This document shows, in pieces, positions 1-14,200 of a stretch of DNA of 64,000 nt (within the stretch, counting starts at the first letter, position 1; each line of letters opens with the position of its first letter). The DNA comes from Chrysomallon squamiferum (taxonomy: Eukaryota; Animalia; Mollusca): contig CM022665.1 in NCBI GenBank assembly GCA_012295275.1, forward strand, positions 20,522,001 through 20,586,000, written 5' to 3'. Below the pieces are notes generated by a model that ran no database searches, was not told the DNA's origin, and saw only the letters and a list, made by a program, of their open reading frames with translations. Made by a program: the position numbers and the translations under genes.

Positions 1-467
1 CGTATTTAGGCACGTACATACTAACACCACACTCAAATCCACATATATACACACTCAGAGATAAGCAAATCAGCTCGTAAAAAGGATTAAATTAAGAAAA
101 GAAACTGTCTTTATTTTGCTGGAAAATAATAAAAGCAAACGAGGGATTACACAAACCATCAAACTACAACAAACTGCAAACACTGCGTAAATTACATCAT
201 GGTGTAGTTTACACCACCGTCGGTCGTTTAACCAATCAACGTTTTAATAGTCCATTGTGTGTTTGTGTGCTGTAGCAATCTTTTCATAAGTGGGTTATCA
301 AAATATTACCGACCAGTCCTATAGTTGGAGTATCATTTATAATTACAAAAATATTTAACATATTTAATTTTTTATTTATTCATTCATTCATACATTCACT
401 CACTCATTCACTCACTCACTCATTCATTCATTCAATTTATTTATTTTTATTTATAGTATAGTTTATT

Positions 468-518
<51 letters not shown>

Positions 519-757
519 GTCTGTTTAAGATTTATTACTACATTTATTGCATTTTAAAATTATTTTTTCTTCGCTTAAGCATATTTTTAGAATGACAAAA
601 ATAAAAAAATAAAACAAATTACTGGCACGTTCAAACAAATTTATAAATATTCAATAATGTTAGAATTTAATGCGCGTAACAATACAAATACCCAGTCTTG
701 TTTCCTTATTTGTTAATGTTACTTACTGCCCTCGAATAACGACAACTCGCTATGTGT

Positions 758-1010
758 GGTCACGTGATTTGTGGCCATTTTTGAGGAGACTCGGCAAGTT
801 TGTGTTTAACGTGTTGTAAACTGAGTATTAAAACTTATATAGACATGTAGGAATGGTTTTATAGCTATCTCATTATAATGGGTAAGCATGCAGTAGGAAG
901 TTATTTCACAATTAGGTTTAAATTTGAAGTACACTGTCATATAGACAGTAAGCAGTAAACTAGGAAGTGCCACTTGCTAAATTCGTGAAAAAATGTTAAC
1001 AACTTCCGGT
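758..1010 (+). promoter_or_regulatory. Promoter region of the SH3KBP1-like gene with E-box/CLEAR-like, YY1-like and ETS-like motifs
   Basis: GGTCACGTGAT at 758-768, GCCATTTT at 774-781, GGAAGT at 963-968 and ACTTCCGG at 1002-1009, in a locally CpG-richer patch around the first exon. Motif matches only. Confidence 0.45.
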
Positions 1011-4000
1011 TTCTTTTCGTGTGTTAGTAATATTTTTATTTTTTTAAAGTGTTTTCATGTATATTTTATTTACAAAGTATTATTTACTCTATGCGTGGAA
1101 TATCTAAAAGCATGATTATGTAATTTATTAGAAAACAGAGATTGATTGTTTTATATTAGAGTTTATTTTTAGAGAGGCTTAGACATGAACGAATAATGGT
1201 GGGAAACACGATGATTTTTGTGACAATAAACTGCAGTAGTAAAAATCTTTGTGTTGAAGTGATCTTGGTTCTAACAGTGAAAATTATTCCTTTGGCAATA
1301 GAAAATTGTATAGTAGCAACAAAAATTAATATTAATACGCATACATTACACTGAAAAGGCACAATTCAATTTTATTAGAGATTCACTACTTGTGTAATAC
1401 TGACAATAAGATTATTTGACACAAAATGCATTTTAAATTGTTCATTTACTACAATATAGAGGATAGGTGTTTCGAAAATTCAGTTAGCACCCAAAATTGT
1501 AATTATTTTCCAATTTTTTTATTGTTAATATTTAAAAAATTGCGATATTTGACTACATACAGTAAGCAGTGAAATAGGATAACTTATTTATTTACATAAT
1601 TAAAAAAACGTAGTGGCCATTTTATTACCATGATATTTTTTAATTATTTTACATAACGGTTTACAGCATAAGAAAATTTAAAATATATTGAAGCATTTTA
1701 TGAATTTGAAAAAAAAAAAAGAATAAAAAAAAATATATATGAAAGTTTGTTGATAATATTTAACTTACAGACTATATTCTTAGAGCAAGAGATATTTTTA
1801 TTATCATTCCTTATCCAGGAGATCACTTAATAGGAATCACTGAGAATAGACAATAACATAACAGTATTGTCTCAGTGATGTGTATCACTTCTGCCATTAC
1901 TTAATATTTACCCACAACCGATTTCATATACATTTTTACTAACACCTGTCAGTTTGTTGCATAACTATTGTATTCTTTATATTTTATCTTACATTTATCT
2001 TATCTATACTGGTTTTCCTTTCATCTACTCATACTAGTTTTTATCAGTTACGTATTACTGGAAAATAAAAGAACCTATATTAATATTGTGATAATATAGT
2101 GTTTTAATTGCTGTGGTAGGTGTTGTAGTTTCTTCACGTGAAAAGATATTGAATGTGATCTGTTACAGTTGAGGCAGTTGTGGAGTTTGAATATGTTGCT
2201 GAGCAGGCAGATGAGCTGTCACTGCATGTTGGTGACATTGTCAAGAATATCGTCAAATCAGAAGGAGGCTGGTGGGAAGGAGAGGTGAACAACAAGAAAG
2301 GAATGTTTCCTGAAAACTTTGTTAAAGTACGTTCAAGTTGATTTTAAATTTAAATAAAAGTCCTCACCCAGTAAAAAACCCAAATATGCACTCAAACATA
2401 GAAATAGAATGTTAGTTTATACAGACAAACATACACATCAAATGTTAAATGTTCCTGTATACTAATATTTAAAAATAAAAATTCAGTAACTGTATGAGTA
2501 CTTTCAAAGAGCTTATGAATTCGAGAAGTACTTCCTTGATAATGGAGGTTCTGTTTGTTTCATTTAAGTCTAGATTGTCACTAAACAGGAAGTTAAAATT
2601 TGTAAAAAAAATATTACAGTGTAAACAACTTGACATAAGGCAAAAAATAATTTTATCATTCATGGTCTAATATTTCTGATTTATACTCTTGTAATGTACA
2701 AGTTTGAATATTTATTTCCTTTTTAGTGAATTAAAATTTAATATTAAAATTACAGGCTAATGAATGTTGTTTTTATGTATAGTGAAACAGAAATATAAAG
2801 ATTACCCATTAATATTTTCAGATAATCAAACCAGAAGAGAAATCAAAAGAGACAGAGAAAGGACTTGGAATTAAAAAAAGTGCAGCTCAGAGAAAGTCAG
2901 TGAGAGAACTCGCAGACAAATTCAAAGATTCCAATGTTTTGTTAGGACCAATGCCTCCATCCAAAATAAAAGGTATTTGTTTTTATATCTACATGTATAT
3001 TGTCTTGGAACAAAATTACATTAACCAAAATTCAAAGATAATATTTACATATTATACATGGATATATTCAGTCACATACATGTATATGGATAAATTGTGC
3101 AGGCATATATTGGGTTGGAATAAAAGTGCTTAGCTATTTTAAGTGAAATTCCAAGACAGCATATAGATATTTGTAAACAGATTTATTCAACCACTGTACT
3201 ATTTTGTTCATCTTTCAGAATAGATGTGTGTATGTATGAGATATGCGGTGAAATCATGAACTCAAACATCACCTATTGTAAAAATGCTACAAACTTTTGT
3301 TCCAACCAAATATATTTATTTTTCAGCTATATAAATAAATATCAGTTACTGTGCATGTGTGCATCAATAAATTTATTTTTTTAATATTATTTTATATATT
3401 TTTAAAAAATTATTTATTTACTTTTACTTTATTTTTAAAAATAAAATGTATTACATGTATAATTCCATATTATAAATATAACTCTTTTTAAAATCAGTTT
3501 CCCCTCCCCCTTGGAATATTTCTTTGTGCTGTCTTTGAAGTGAATGTGTTTGGTGATTTGAAAGCTGAGTCATAAATAAATCATATTTCTGTTGGAAAAA
3601 ACTGGATAATAAATATATAACACTTGAAAACTGTTTGACAACCCGACATACTTTATTTTATTTTATTTTTTTTCCTTTTTTTTTTTCCCTTATTTTTTCT
3701 TATTATTGTTACTATTATTATTATTATTATTAATATAAATTGTGTATTTATTTATTACACAGAAATAAAAATTGTGTATTTATTTTTACAGAAAAGAAGA
3801 AGAAGTGTAAAGTGGTGTTTGACTATTCACCTGAGAATGATGATGAGTTAGAGCTGCACGTTGGAGAACTCATTGATTTTATCAGAGAGGTAATATCTTA
3901 ATCTCAGCTTACATTTAATCAGGTTAGTTAGACTTATTGGTACTCAGAATCAAATCCTGCACAGTGTCCCTTTTCTTTTAATCAAAGAATAACGTAACTG

Positions 4001-7000
4001 ACTTCTTTTATAATCAGTTAAAAATTCCAATAATGTCATTGTGTGTTTGCTATTTCTCTTTCAGTTAGCACAAAGTAATTTTTCACATTTGCCTTCCCTT
4101 AAACAGAAACATACAGTTTATAACCTATTATAACAGGTAACTGCAGGTTTATTGTAATTTTTAAATTATTTAGTTAATAGGTGAGAATTAGGGTGAGAAT
4201 TTTACACGTTCTGGTGGGTGTGGTTTTAGGTGGAGGATGGCTGGTGGGAGGGGACACTCAGAGGTAAGACGGGCGTGTTCCCATCTAATTTCTGTGAAAT
4301 GGTGGAGGAGACAACAGATGAACCTTCACAACCACCTGTAGCAGCAGACAGACCTGGCATCGTTAATACAGGTAATTTAACTTTATATTATTAATACAGG
4401 TAACTTAACTTTACATCATTAAAATAGGTAAATTGCCTTTACATTATTAACACAGGTAACTTAGCTTTATATTGTTAACACAGGTAAACTAACTTTACAA
4501 GTAATTAAAGCTGTATATTTTTGTTAAATTTAATTATGTTTGTGTACCACTATTTAATTCAAGACTTAAAAAATAATCTGTTGATATAAGTTACAAATGT
4601 TGGTTAAACAGTTTTGTATTAGAAAGACAGTTTGAAAAGAAAAAATATTATTCTTTTTAACAAAAAAGTTAATGTTAATATATGAAATGTACTGATTATT
4701 TATTTCATTTATTATTATTATTATTATTTGTATTATTATTATTATTACTGCTGCTGCTGCTATTAATACTAATATTATCATTACTCTTTTCAGTTAACTA
4801 CAAAATTTAATATATGGTATCCTATTGACAAATTTTTTTTCTCATAAATTGTGTTAGCTGTTACTGTTGAAATTATTGCCAGCTCTAAATGACAGAACTA
4901 GTTCAAGTGCATTGACCTCAGTTTTCCTAGTCATAAAATAACAATGAAACTGTTAGTTGCTGATTGATACAGGTCAGTCAGAGGATTCTGAGCCAGTGAG
5001 TGAAATTAAAGGCAAAAAGGTCATTGGTGTTGGCCTAGGAAACATATTTGAAGGTGGACCAATCAAATTGAGGAAGACAAAAGGGGAAGCTAAGCCAAAG
5101 ACCGAGAAGCCTGCAGAAACAAAGGTAATGATTGGTCAGAAAAAAACATTATTACCAAATGAATTCTTCTTGATAGGAATGTAGTATGTGTAACATATTT
5201 TAATAGACAGATGCTTATGATTTGTATATTTTTTTAAATACAGATAATTCAGTTGATTTCTTAATTCAGACTGTAAATTAAAAGGTAAAAAATACTGCTG
5301 ACAAAACAGATTGGTTTTTCAATTTTATTTATTTATTTTTTTTAATAATGGGTTGTAAAATTGTATTTATATTATTTGACAGTAAACAAGAATTTGTTTC
5401 TATGTTCACTGTTCTAGGTATATGTATTGTGTTTTGTAAATATAAATAAAGTTACAAACAAATCACATATTATTATCTGACTTTTTCTTATTGTTGCAAA
5501 CTAGACCATAAGGCCAGTTTATATTTATTTATTTATATTATATATATATTTTTTGTTTTAATTACAGGAGCCTGTAAAGACAACAGAACACAGTTCAGCT
5601 GCTGCTCCCCCTCTTCCTGCCACCCCAGTTCCTCAGCTCACCCACACTCCTTCTACAGAACCTGAAGTTGCTAAAAGAGAAACTAAAGAAAATAGTAAGT
5701 TTGTTTTTTGTTTTAAGTTTGTTATTGTTATTGTTGTTTTTGAAGTTCTTATTTTTTTAATTATTGTTGTTGTTGTTATGCTTCTTCTATTATCTAGTTG
5801 ATTCTTAATATCTTTCAGCAATTTAAAGTATGTTTTTAAATATTTGTTTTCATAAAAAGGCATATTTTATATGCATCCAATCAGGAAAGAATCTTTGTTT
5901 TAAGTCAGATTATAAGAGTTACACAGCACTGGTTGGGTTGGGAAAAAGCTGAATGAGAGGAATTGATCCTATTAATATATCTCAAGAAACACACAATCAC
6001 ACACACAACATATACTCAGAGATACATATATATAGAGAAAGAGACAGACAAAAAGAAAATGAAAGAGAGAATGAAATCTACAGATACTAATATATGTATT
6101 TGTATATGTAAGTATGTGTGTGTATAATGTGTAGCTCTGTGTGTGTGTGTGTGTGTGTGTAAAAATATTTGTTGACATTGTATTATTTGGTCTGTTGTAG
6201 CTCATAAAGCTGTTGTAAGGTACTCATATACAGCAGAACAACCAGATGAACTGTCTCTGGAAACAGGACAAATTGTCAACATTCTTGACATGAATCTTGA
6301 AGATGATGGCTGGTGGAAAGGAGAACTGAACGGAAAAGTTGGAGTGTTTCCTGATAACTTTGTCGAGCTAATTGCCGAAGAGGTGACCATCATCTAAGCT
6401 TTTTGCAAATTTTCATCATTTTATATATTGTAATCAGAAAATGGTGTCTTAATAAAATAAAAAAATGTTTATCTCTCTTCAGTTCATCACTATCTCTGGC
6501 CACATTAATTTTAGTTCAGTGATTACACATAGTTTCTGAAATTTTCACAAATTACACATTTCCTGTAACATACACTTTCACATACATATATATCAAATGA
6601 TAAAACTTTAATTAAATAAACTTTAGAAGAAAAAACCCAGAAGGTGACATAATTTTGTTATTTTTAAACAATTTATTTACTTGAATGTGACAGATTTGTT
6701 TACATTTGCAGCCTAAGCCAAAACGCCCCACGCCACCCTCGGTAAACACAACTGCAAGGGCTGGACCTACCCTGGGTCACAAACCCCCGAACATGAATCA
6801 CAAAGTTGGTTTGTACCCAAAACTGCCTGAGAAAGTGCCTGCTGCTACAAGCGAAATCAAGAAACATGAAGTCAAAGTTGAAACAAAACAGGAAGTAAAA
6901 CATGAAACAAAACATGAAACGCCCCATGGTACCAAAAAAGAATCAGGTAAGATTTTTTTTTTTTTTTTGATTGATTGATTTATTTATTCTTTTTTTATAT

Positions 7001-10000
7001 TTATTTATTTATTTATTTTATGTGTCAAAATGACATTATTGACTCCTGTGTATTAAAAAAACAACTAAATATATATATATATTTATATTTATAAGTATAT
7101 AAACTTTTTTTTTTTAACTATCAGTAGTCAGTAAAAGAAAGTTCTGACTAAAAATTATTTTGAGTAATGGAAAAAAACAACTTTAAATTTAGTTGTTTAA
7201 ATTATTTATTTATTAATCTGGGGGCAGCTGATGATTATTAAAAGAAAGAATTTTATAAAGACACCAAAGCTTTATCATTTTTCTTGTATGAAATATGTTT
7301 GATCTTTTCTAATGCTTTGTAACAACTTGCAGTTACTAAATTTTTCTTATGTTTTCTCTCTTTTTTTCACAAATATTCTGTTTTAATATATTAATATGTC
7401 ATTCTTCTAGTTCCTTTGGGTAATTTGAAAATAAATGAATTATCCGTCAGTCAAACTTGTACTTAGTTTATATTATTGTTATTATTAGAATGAGGCTGAC
7501 ATTTATAGGTAACTGTTCTTTTCGAATTTAGAATTTAATTTAAAAAAGTAATATAAATTAATAAATTGCAGATATTTATTTTGCAGTGATTTGCTGGAAA
7601 CAAAAACTTAAAAAAATATTTGTTGTCTCATAAAATGCATTCTAAATATATTTTTTCTTATCTGCTTGTTTTTTATTTAATTATTTATTTTATTTTTTCA
7701 TTTGTTTAGATACTTAATTATTTATTTATTTATTTATTTTAAATTTTCAAATCACCTTTGGTTTAGGTTTGTTGTAATCGTATTTTGCCTCTTTCATCTT
7801 CACTGTAATTACCAAAAAGTGATAGAGGATATATTTGTTTTAACAATATACACTTTAGATTTGTGGTATCTGGGGTATAATGTTTGCTAACAGATTTAGG
7901 TATTTGTTATTAATATTTCATTATGAGAAGAGACAGACAATAGTCTGATGTTTTAGAATCTTTAACAAATTTTATCTAAATGATCTTAAGACAGAAATAT
8001 TTTAAATATCTTTAAAACAGTTATAATTAAAAGTATCAAAGAGTTGTTTTTTTTAAAAATGATAAGAAGAAGAAGAAATAAAAAAAAAAATAAAAAAAAA
8101 GTACATCCCAAATTACTTTGTTGAAGTTTGTGGAATTGTTAAAACCTGACAGAGAAAGAAAAGAGCACACGTCAGATTATTGTTCATAACTAGAAGTAGT
8201 GTGCTCCCCTATTGCAGAATCAGTCCCAATCAACACAGTGACCAGTAAAAAATCTGGACCTCCTCCTGTGAGCAAAAAACCTCTCTCTGCAGTGAGACAG
8301 GAATCATCAAAAAGAGCTATAGATTCTAAGACAGAATCTAGAGAAATTTTGCCTTCTAGAGAAAATAAACTAAAAGAAGGCAAACATCTGGAGAAAGAGA
8401 ACCAGTCCGAAGAAGAAATCATGGTGGACACAGATGAGGGTAATTGTTGTTTGTAAATCCCTTCATTATGGAGATCCAGTAATAATTATAATAATCATCT
8501 GTTGTAATTTGCACCAGTGTGGTGCCACTGCAGTGAGACGTTACACTTTTGTTACTGTTGTGGTTGTTGTAGTTTTGTTGCAATAGCATGTTTAGTGTTT
8601 GTTACATTTGATCAATAGCATGTTTAGTATTAATCTGCTTGTTGTTGGGGTTTTTTCTTAGAGTTTGAAATATTTAGTTATTTGATCTTTGAATAGATCT
8701 GTTCATTAATTTTGCCTTGCCAAAGAAATTTTCCATCTGAAAACTTTAGGTATTTGATCTTTTGCATCTAGTTAACTTTGGCATGGTGAAAATAATTGGC
8801 AATTTAGTGAAAAAAGAAAATAATAAATATTTTAAAACTCATTGTGTTAAATGTACACTAATGTGTACATTTAACACAATTCTGTAATTTAATGTTTCAT
8901 GTAATTAAAATAAGAAAGTAACCTAGGGCTATTCCAGTAATTATTCATTTTGTTAATTAAAATTTCTGATTAAGTCAAAATTTATTATTAATCTGTGAAT
9001 TTTAACTTTTTGGTTTAGAGATGAAAATTTCACAAGTTTGTGTGTCTCTCATTTCACTAGTTTTATATAATAACACATTGAAACATTTCTATACTGTTTA
9101 TAGATTAACATTTAAGCATTTTATACATTAGAAATGTTTTGAGAAAGGAAATTGTATAGCTAGTTTTTAGTTTTATGGTTTTAGAAAGTTTGTTAGGTTC
9201 AGTCATGTGTTTTGGTTCAGTTTTTGTTCTGTGTTTTAAACAGTTGCTGAAAATATTTTGGTCTTAGTCTTTTTATGTTAGCAGGTATGATGAAATTTTT
9301 AGTATAAAACATCAGTACTGATGGTGCAGTATTTTGTATGTGTGTATTGGTTTGAGTTTAAGTAGTTGTTAGTTACCTTAGTTTTGTCTGCAATGAACCA
9401 CACCAAAAAGCAAAAAAAGTTCCAAACAAAAACAAAGTGACACTATGTACTATTTCAGTCTTTTTATTAACTTGTTAAATTAACTACCTTTGTTTTATCT
9501 ACATTAAACAGCATATTTAAAATAATAATAATAATAAACAACAAAATAATAATAATAATAAAAAAGAAAAGAAGGAAAATGATGTCAAAACTAAAACAAA
9601 ATGACAGTGTGTATTATTTCAGGCTTTTTATTAACTTGTTAAATTAACTATCTTTGTTTTATCTACAGTAAACTACAAATTTAAAAAATGAAGTGACAGT
9701 CTGTTTTACAACCAGTGTATTTATTTCAAGCTTTTTACTAACTTGTTAAATATCTTATGCATGTTTCTAACAAAATATTTGTTTACTTGCATGTTTACTA
9801 ATGTGTTATTAACAATATCCTGTCTTGTAAATATTTTTTTAATAAAATAATAATTCTACTCACAAAACTGTTAAGAAAAAGGTGTAAGGTAAGTTTCAGA
9901 TGTAATATCAGTTTGTGTAATATTGGATGTAAATATATACTGCATAATGGATTATAATAACAAAAAGGGTTTTTTTTAATGTTTTTTTCTTATTAAAATC

Positions 10001-10637
10001 TAATGATAAAATGACAAGTCAGAATTACAGATTTTGATGATCAGTTAACAAAGTTTGAAGAAAGGTTAAGCCTAAATGTATTTAACTAATTAACATTAAG
10101 AAATAGTAGCATTAACATGTAAGAAATCAAATGAATTTAATCTCCAGTATTGATGTAAATTATATTCTTTCTTTTAACTGAAAGATGATGTCCCAGCAAA
10201 ATGTTACCCAAACTTGACCATTTGTTAGAATAACAAAAAAACACAAAAAAACTCCCCCCCCCCCAAAAAAAAAAAACCCAGCTATGAAAGACAATAATTT
10301 GTTAGAAGAACAATTATATTCACAAGATTTACGTGGGCAAAATGCAAGCAGTATTTGAAAGCAAAATTTATGTGTGAATCACATTTTAAATATTACAACT
10401 ATTTATCTGGCATTTGGTGAATATGTTTCATACTTTTGAAAAAAAAAAGAAAAAAAAAGTAACTGTCATAAAAAAAACAAAAACAACTAACTGTCATCAC
10501 ATTTTGTTTTTTTAAATGTTTGTCAGTCAATCAATCTTTTTTTATGAAAACTATTTCAGGCCTACAGCACACATCATCATCGGCTTGTTTTTTTAACAGG
10601 GCATGTCAAAAATATATAAATTTATTTTGTTAGTACC

Positions 10638-10697
<60 letters not shown>

Positions 10698-11244
10698 GCA
10701 AAACAAAATTAATAATAACAACAACACAAGTATAATGATAACAAAAATAATAATAATAATAATAATAAATAAAATAATATCCCAATTTTGTTACATAAAA
10801 TATTATTTCAAACCTAACTTACTGAATTGACAACTCTTTTCTTTGTGGCAATGAAGTATTTTTATTTTTATTTTAATTTTTGAGTGTGTTTTGAAATTTC
10901 AGTTATTACTTTCACATAATAAATCAAAATAATCTCCAGAATAAAAGTAATTTTTGTGTTAATGTACAAATATATGCTATCATAAAGTTATTAATTTTTT
11001 GTTTTTTGTTGTGGTTTTTTTGTGGTTTTTATTTGTTAATGTACAGATTTCGATGACTTTTAAAGATGGTTTTATTCAGTAATATCTTTATAACAGACTA
11101 AGAATGAAAAAATCAGATAAGCTGATACAAATAAAAGTTTTGCATAAAAAGCAGCAATGTATGTTCGCATTTCCTAATTACCTAATGACCAGGTGTCTAT
11201 TTAAACAAATTTGATACTATATTTGATACATATATACATACATA

Positions 11245-11286
<42 letters not shown>

Positions 11287-14200
11287 TACATACATTCATA
11301 TACATATATACATATAGATGCATCCAGATTCTGGAATGTTCCAGTTGTTACAGTAATTAATTATATGACCTGTCAGTTTTTTAAATGGCTGTCGAGTTGT
11401 TGTTTGATTGATGTTTTTATTTACTCATATCTAGTCACTCACCGAACTTTGACAAACAAAATATGATTTAAAAACTCATCAAGATTTAAGAAAATAATTT
11501 TAACCAGTAGAAATAAATATTATTGCTACTGGTGGTGGTGGTGGTGGTGGTGGTTGTTGTTGTTGTTGTTGTTGTTGCTGCTGCTGCTGTTATTACCACC
11601 ACTACCACTACTACTACTACTATTATTATTGTTAGTATCACTATCACTTCAATTACTACAATTAATATTACTGTTATTATTATTGTCATTACCATTATTA
11701 TTTTTTTACTACTACTACTATTAAAACAACTGCAGCTGCTATAGTAGTATTATTGATGTTGTTGTTACTACTACTACTACTACAATTATTACTATTGTTA
11801 TTATTATTGTTGTTATTATCATTATTTTTTATTACTACTACTACTGCTGTTGTTACTATTATAATTGATGTTGTTGCTCTTATTATTATTGTTATTATTG
11901 TTACTGTTATTGGTATTGTTACTTTTGCTGTTTTGTTTGTTATTTATGTTGTTAGAAAGAACACCAGCTAATAATATATTACACTTTTTCCTTATTTTTA
12001 AAACTGTTTATTCTCTGAGCAAGAAATCTACAATTTCAGTCATATTTTATTAAAATACCCACAAAAAAATCAGTTTTTACTGCTTCAGTGCTACAAATAT
12101 TTTTATCAATGTTGTTGATTGATTCATATTCTATGATATGTAATATCACATCTAAACAATACAGATTCATTCATTTACATTTTTTTAAATATTTTTAAAA
12201 AATAAATTCTGCTACATGACAGTATCACATCCAAACAAAATATTTATTTAATTCATATGTTTATTTTATTTTTCACAAGCTTTGCATCATGACAGTATTT
12301 TATCTATACAATACTATTTAAGTAATTTATATATTTTACTTTTCACAAATTGTTACATGACAATATCATATCTAAATATAAAACTGATTAATTAATTGAG
12401 ATTTTATTTTTCCTAAGCTTTGCTACATGACAGTATATCTAAACAAAATACTGATTTTATTTTTCAGAAACTGTGTTACATGATAGTATCTAAACTAAAC
12501 ATTTTTTATTTTGTATATGTATTTTATTTTTCACAACTAATTTACATGACAATATCATATCCAAACAAACAAATGCTTAATTAGTTTATATATTTATTTT
12601 ATTTTTCACAAACTGTTACATGACAGTATCATATCTAAACAAAAAAACTTTGTAATTCATATATGTATTTTATTTTTCACAAACTTTGTTGTGTAACAAT
12701 ATCGTATTTAAAAAAGAAAATATTTAATTAATTTACATATATTTTTATTTTTAACAAGCTGCTGCATTACAAAATAAAAACTATTGCTCACTGATTTTGT
12801 TAATACTCAGTGATATTTAATTGTGTTTTTCAGATCTGGAAAATCTTGAAACTTCAGGTAACAAACTCGTACATCTGACAGCAACTCGACCAAAAGCTCC
12901 AAAAAAACGACCCCCATCTTCCTTTATTACTCCAGGCGTAAGTCAGTCATTTTTATTTTATTTTTATTTTTTTTCATTTTAATTAGCTTTAGTTGTAATA
13001 CTTATATTATGTGTGTAAGTTTATTTTTGCTGCATGTTACCAGCTGTGTGTGTGTGTCCATTTTTAATCAATATTTTAATCAGTTTTAATTATAAACCAT
13101 TTATTCAACATGGTTAGGACCAGAGGATCTGTTGGATATGTGAAAACACGCTAAATCTTTACCTAAAATAGAAAATAGAAAAATGAAAAGTAAAGAATGA
13201 AACTGTATTTAACACATACAAATTAATACACTTCAAAAGCAGAGTCTGTTTGATCTTCATTAATTCAGTTAAAATTCTTAAAATGCCTGTACAGAATACA
13301 TTTGGCAAGTTGCATCTCTTCAGCATTACTGTTTTTATTTGCATATTGTTGTAGATTGTTTTTAGAACATGAAAGAAGTTTAATGTTTTGCTTTTTACAA
13401 ATGATGTTGACAGGACAGTGATATTGTGAGTCCAGAAGAGAAACCAGCTGTGAACGTTCACGAATTGACATCTCAATTAGTCCACACCAAACAGGAAGCA
13501 GAGAAACCAGCCCCAGTGCACCATGGGAAACACTTGAAAGACACGAAACATGTGAGTCATACAATTAGAGAAATTTACATTTCTGTTTTGGGGAGATTTG
13601 TTTTGTTTTGTTTATAATTATTAATTTAATTTAGTTTTAGTTTTAGTTATTTTAGTTTTATTTACTTGTTTTAATTTAATTTTTTTTATTATTATTATTA
13701 TTATTTGTTTCAATTTTACATTATTTTTATGGTGTTTTTTTTTAAATTATTATATTTATCTTCTTTTTTTTTTTTTTGTTAATTTAATTTTGTAATACTT
13801 CAAATAAAATAAAACTTTTATCTTTATTTTTCAGTTTTAATGTTGTATCTAGTTTATTTTCCTGTTGAAAAAAGTGTCAGTTTGACATTACTGATTGCTA
13901 ACCAAACACATTGTTCTGGTATTATTTATTTATTTATATATTTAATATTTTTTCAGCTAGGACATAGAGAAATTTATTTGTTTATTTATTAATTTACTTA
14001 CTTACTAACTTATGTACTTGTTTGTTTATTTAATATTTTTACAGCTTGGACATAGAGAAAATGAGAAGAAACACACAAACAGTGGCCCACCTCCGCGACC
14101 TCCAGAACCTGCTGCTGGAGGTAACTGATTTAACATTTAACTTCTAATTGTTTACAAAATTATATCTGAAGTATCATCTCTCTGTTTTTATATCCACATT

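Noticed and set aside
11486-11971. Poly-V/T/I/L ORFs here and similar ones at 18.3, 30.4, 32.7-35.1, 38.6-39.4, 41-42.8 and 49.4-50.3 kb
   Set aside because: Translations of trinucleotide microsatellites, with no splice or homology support.
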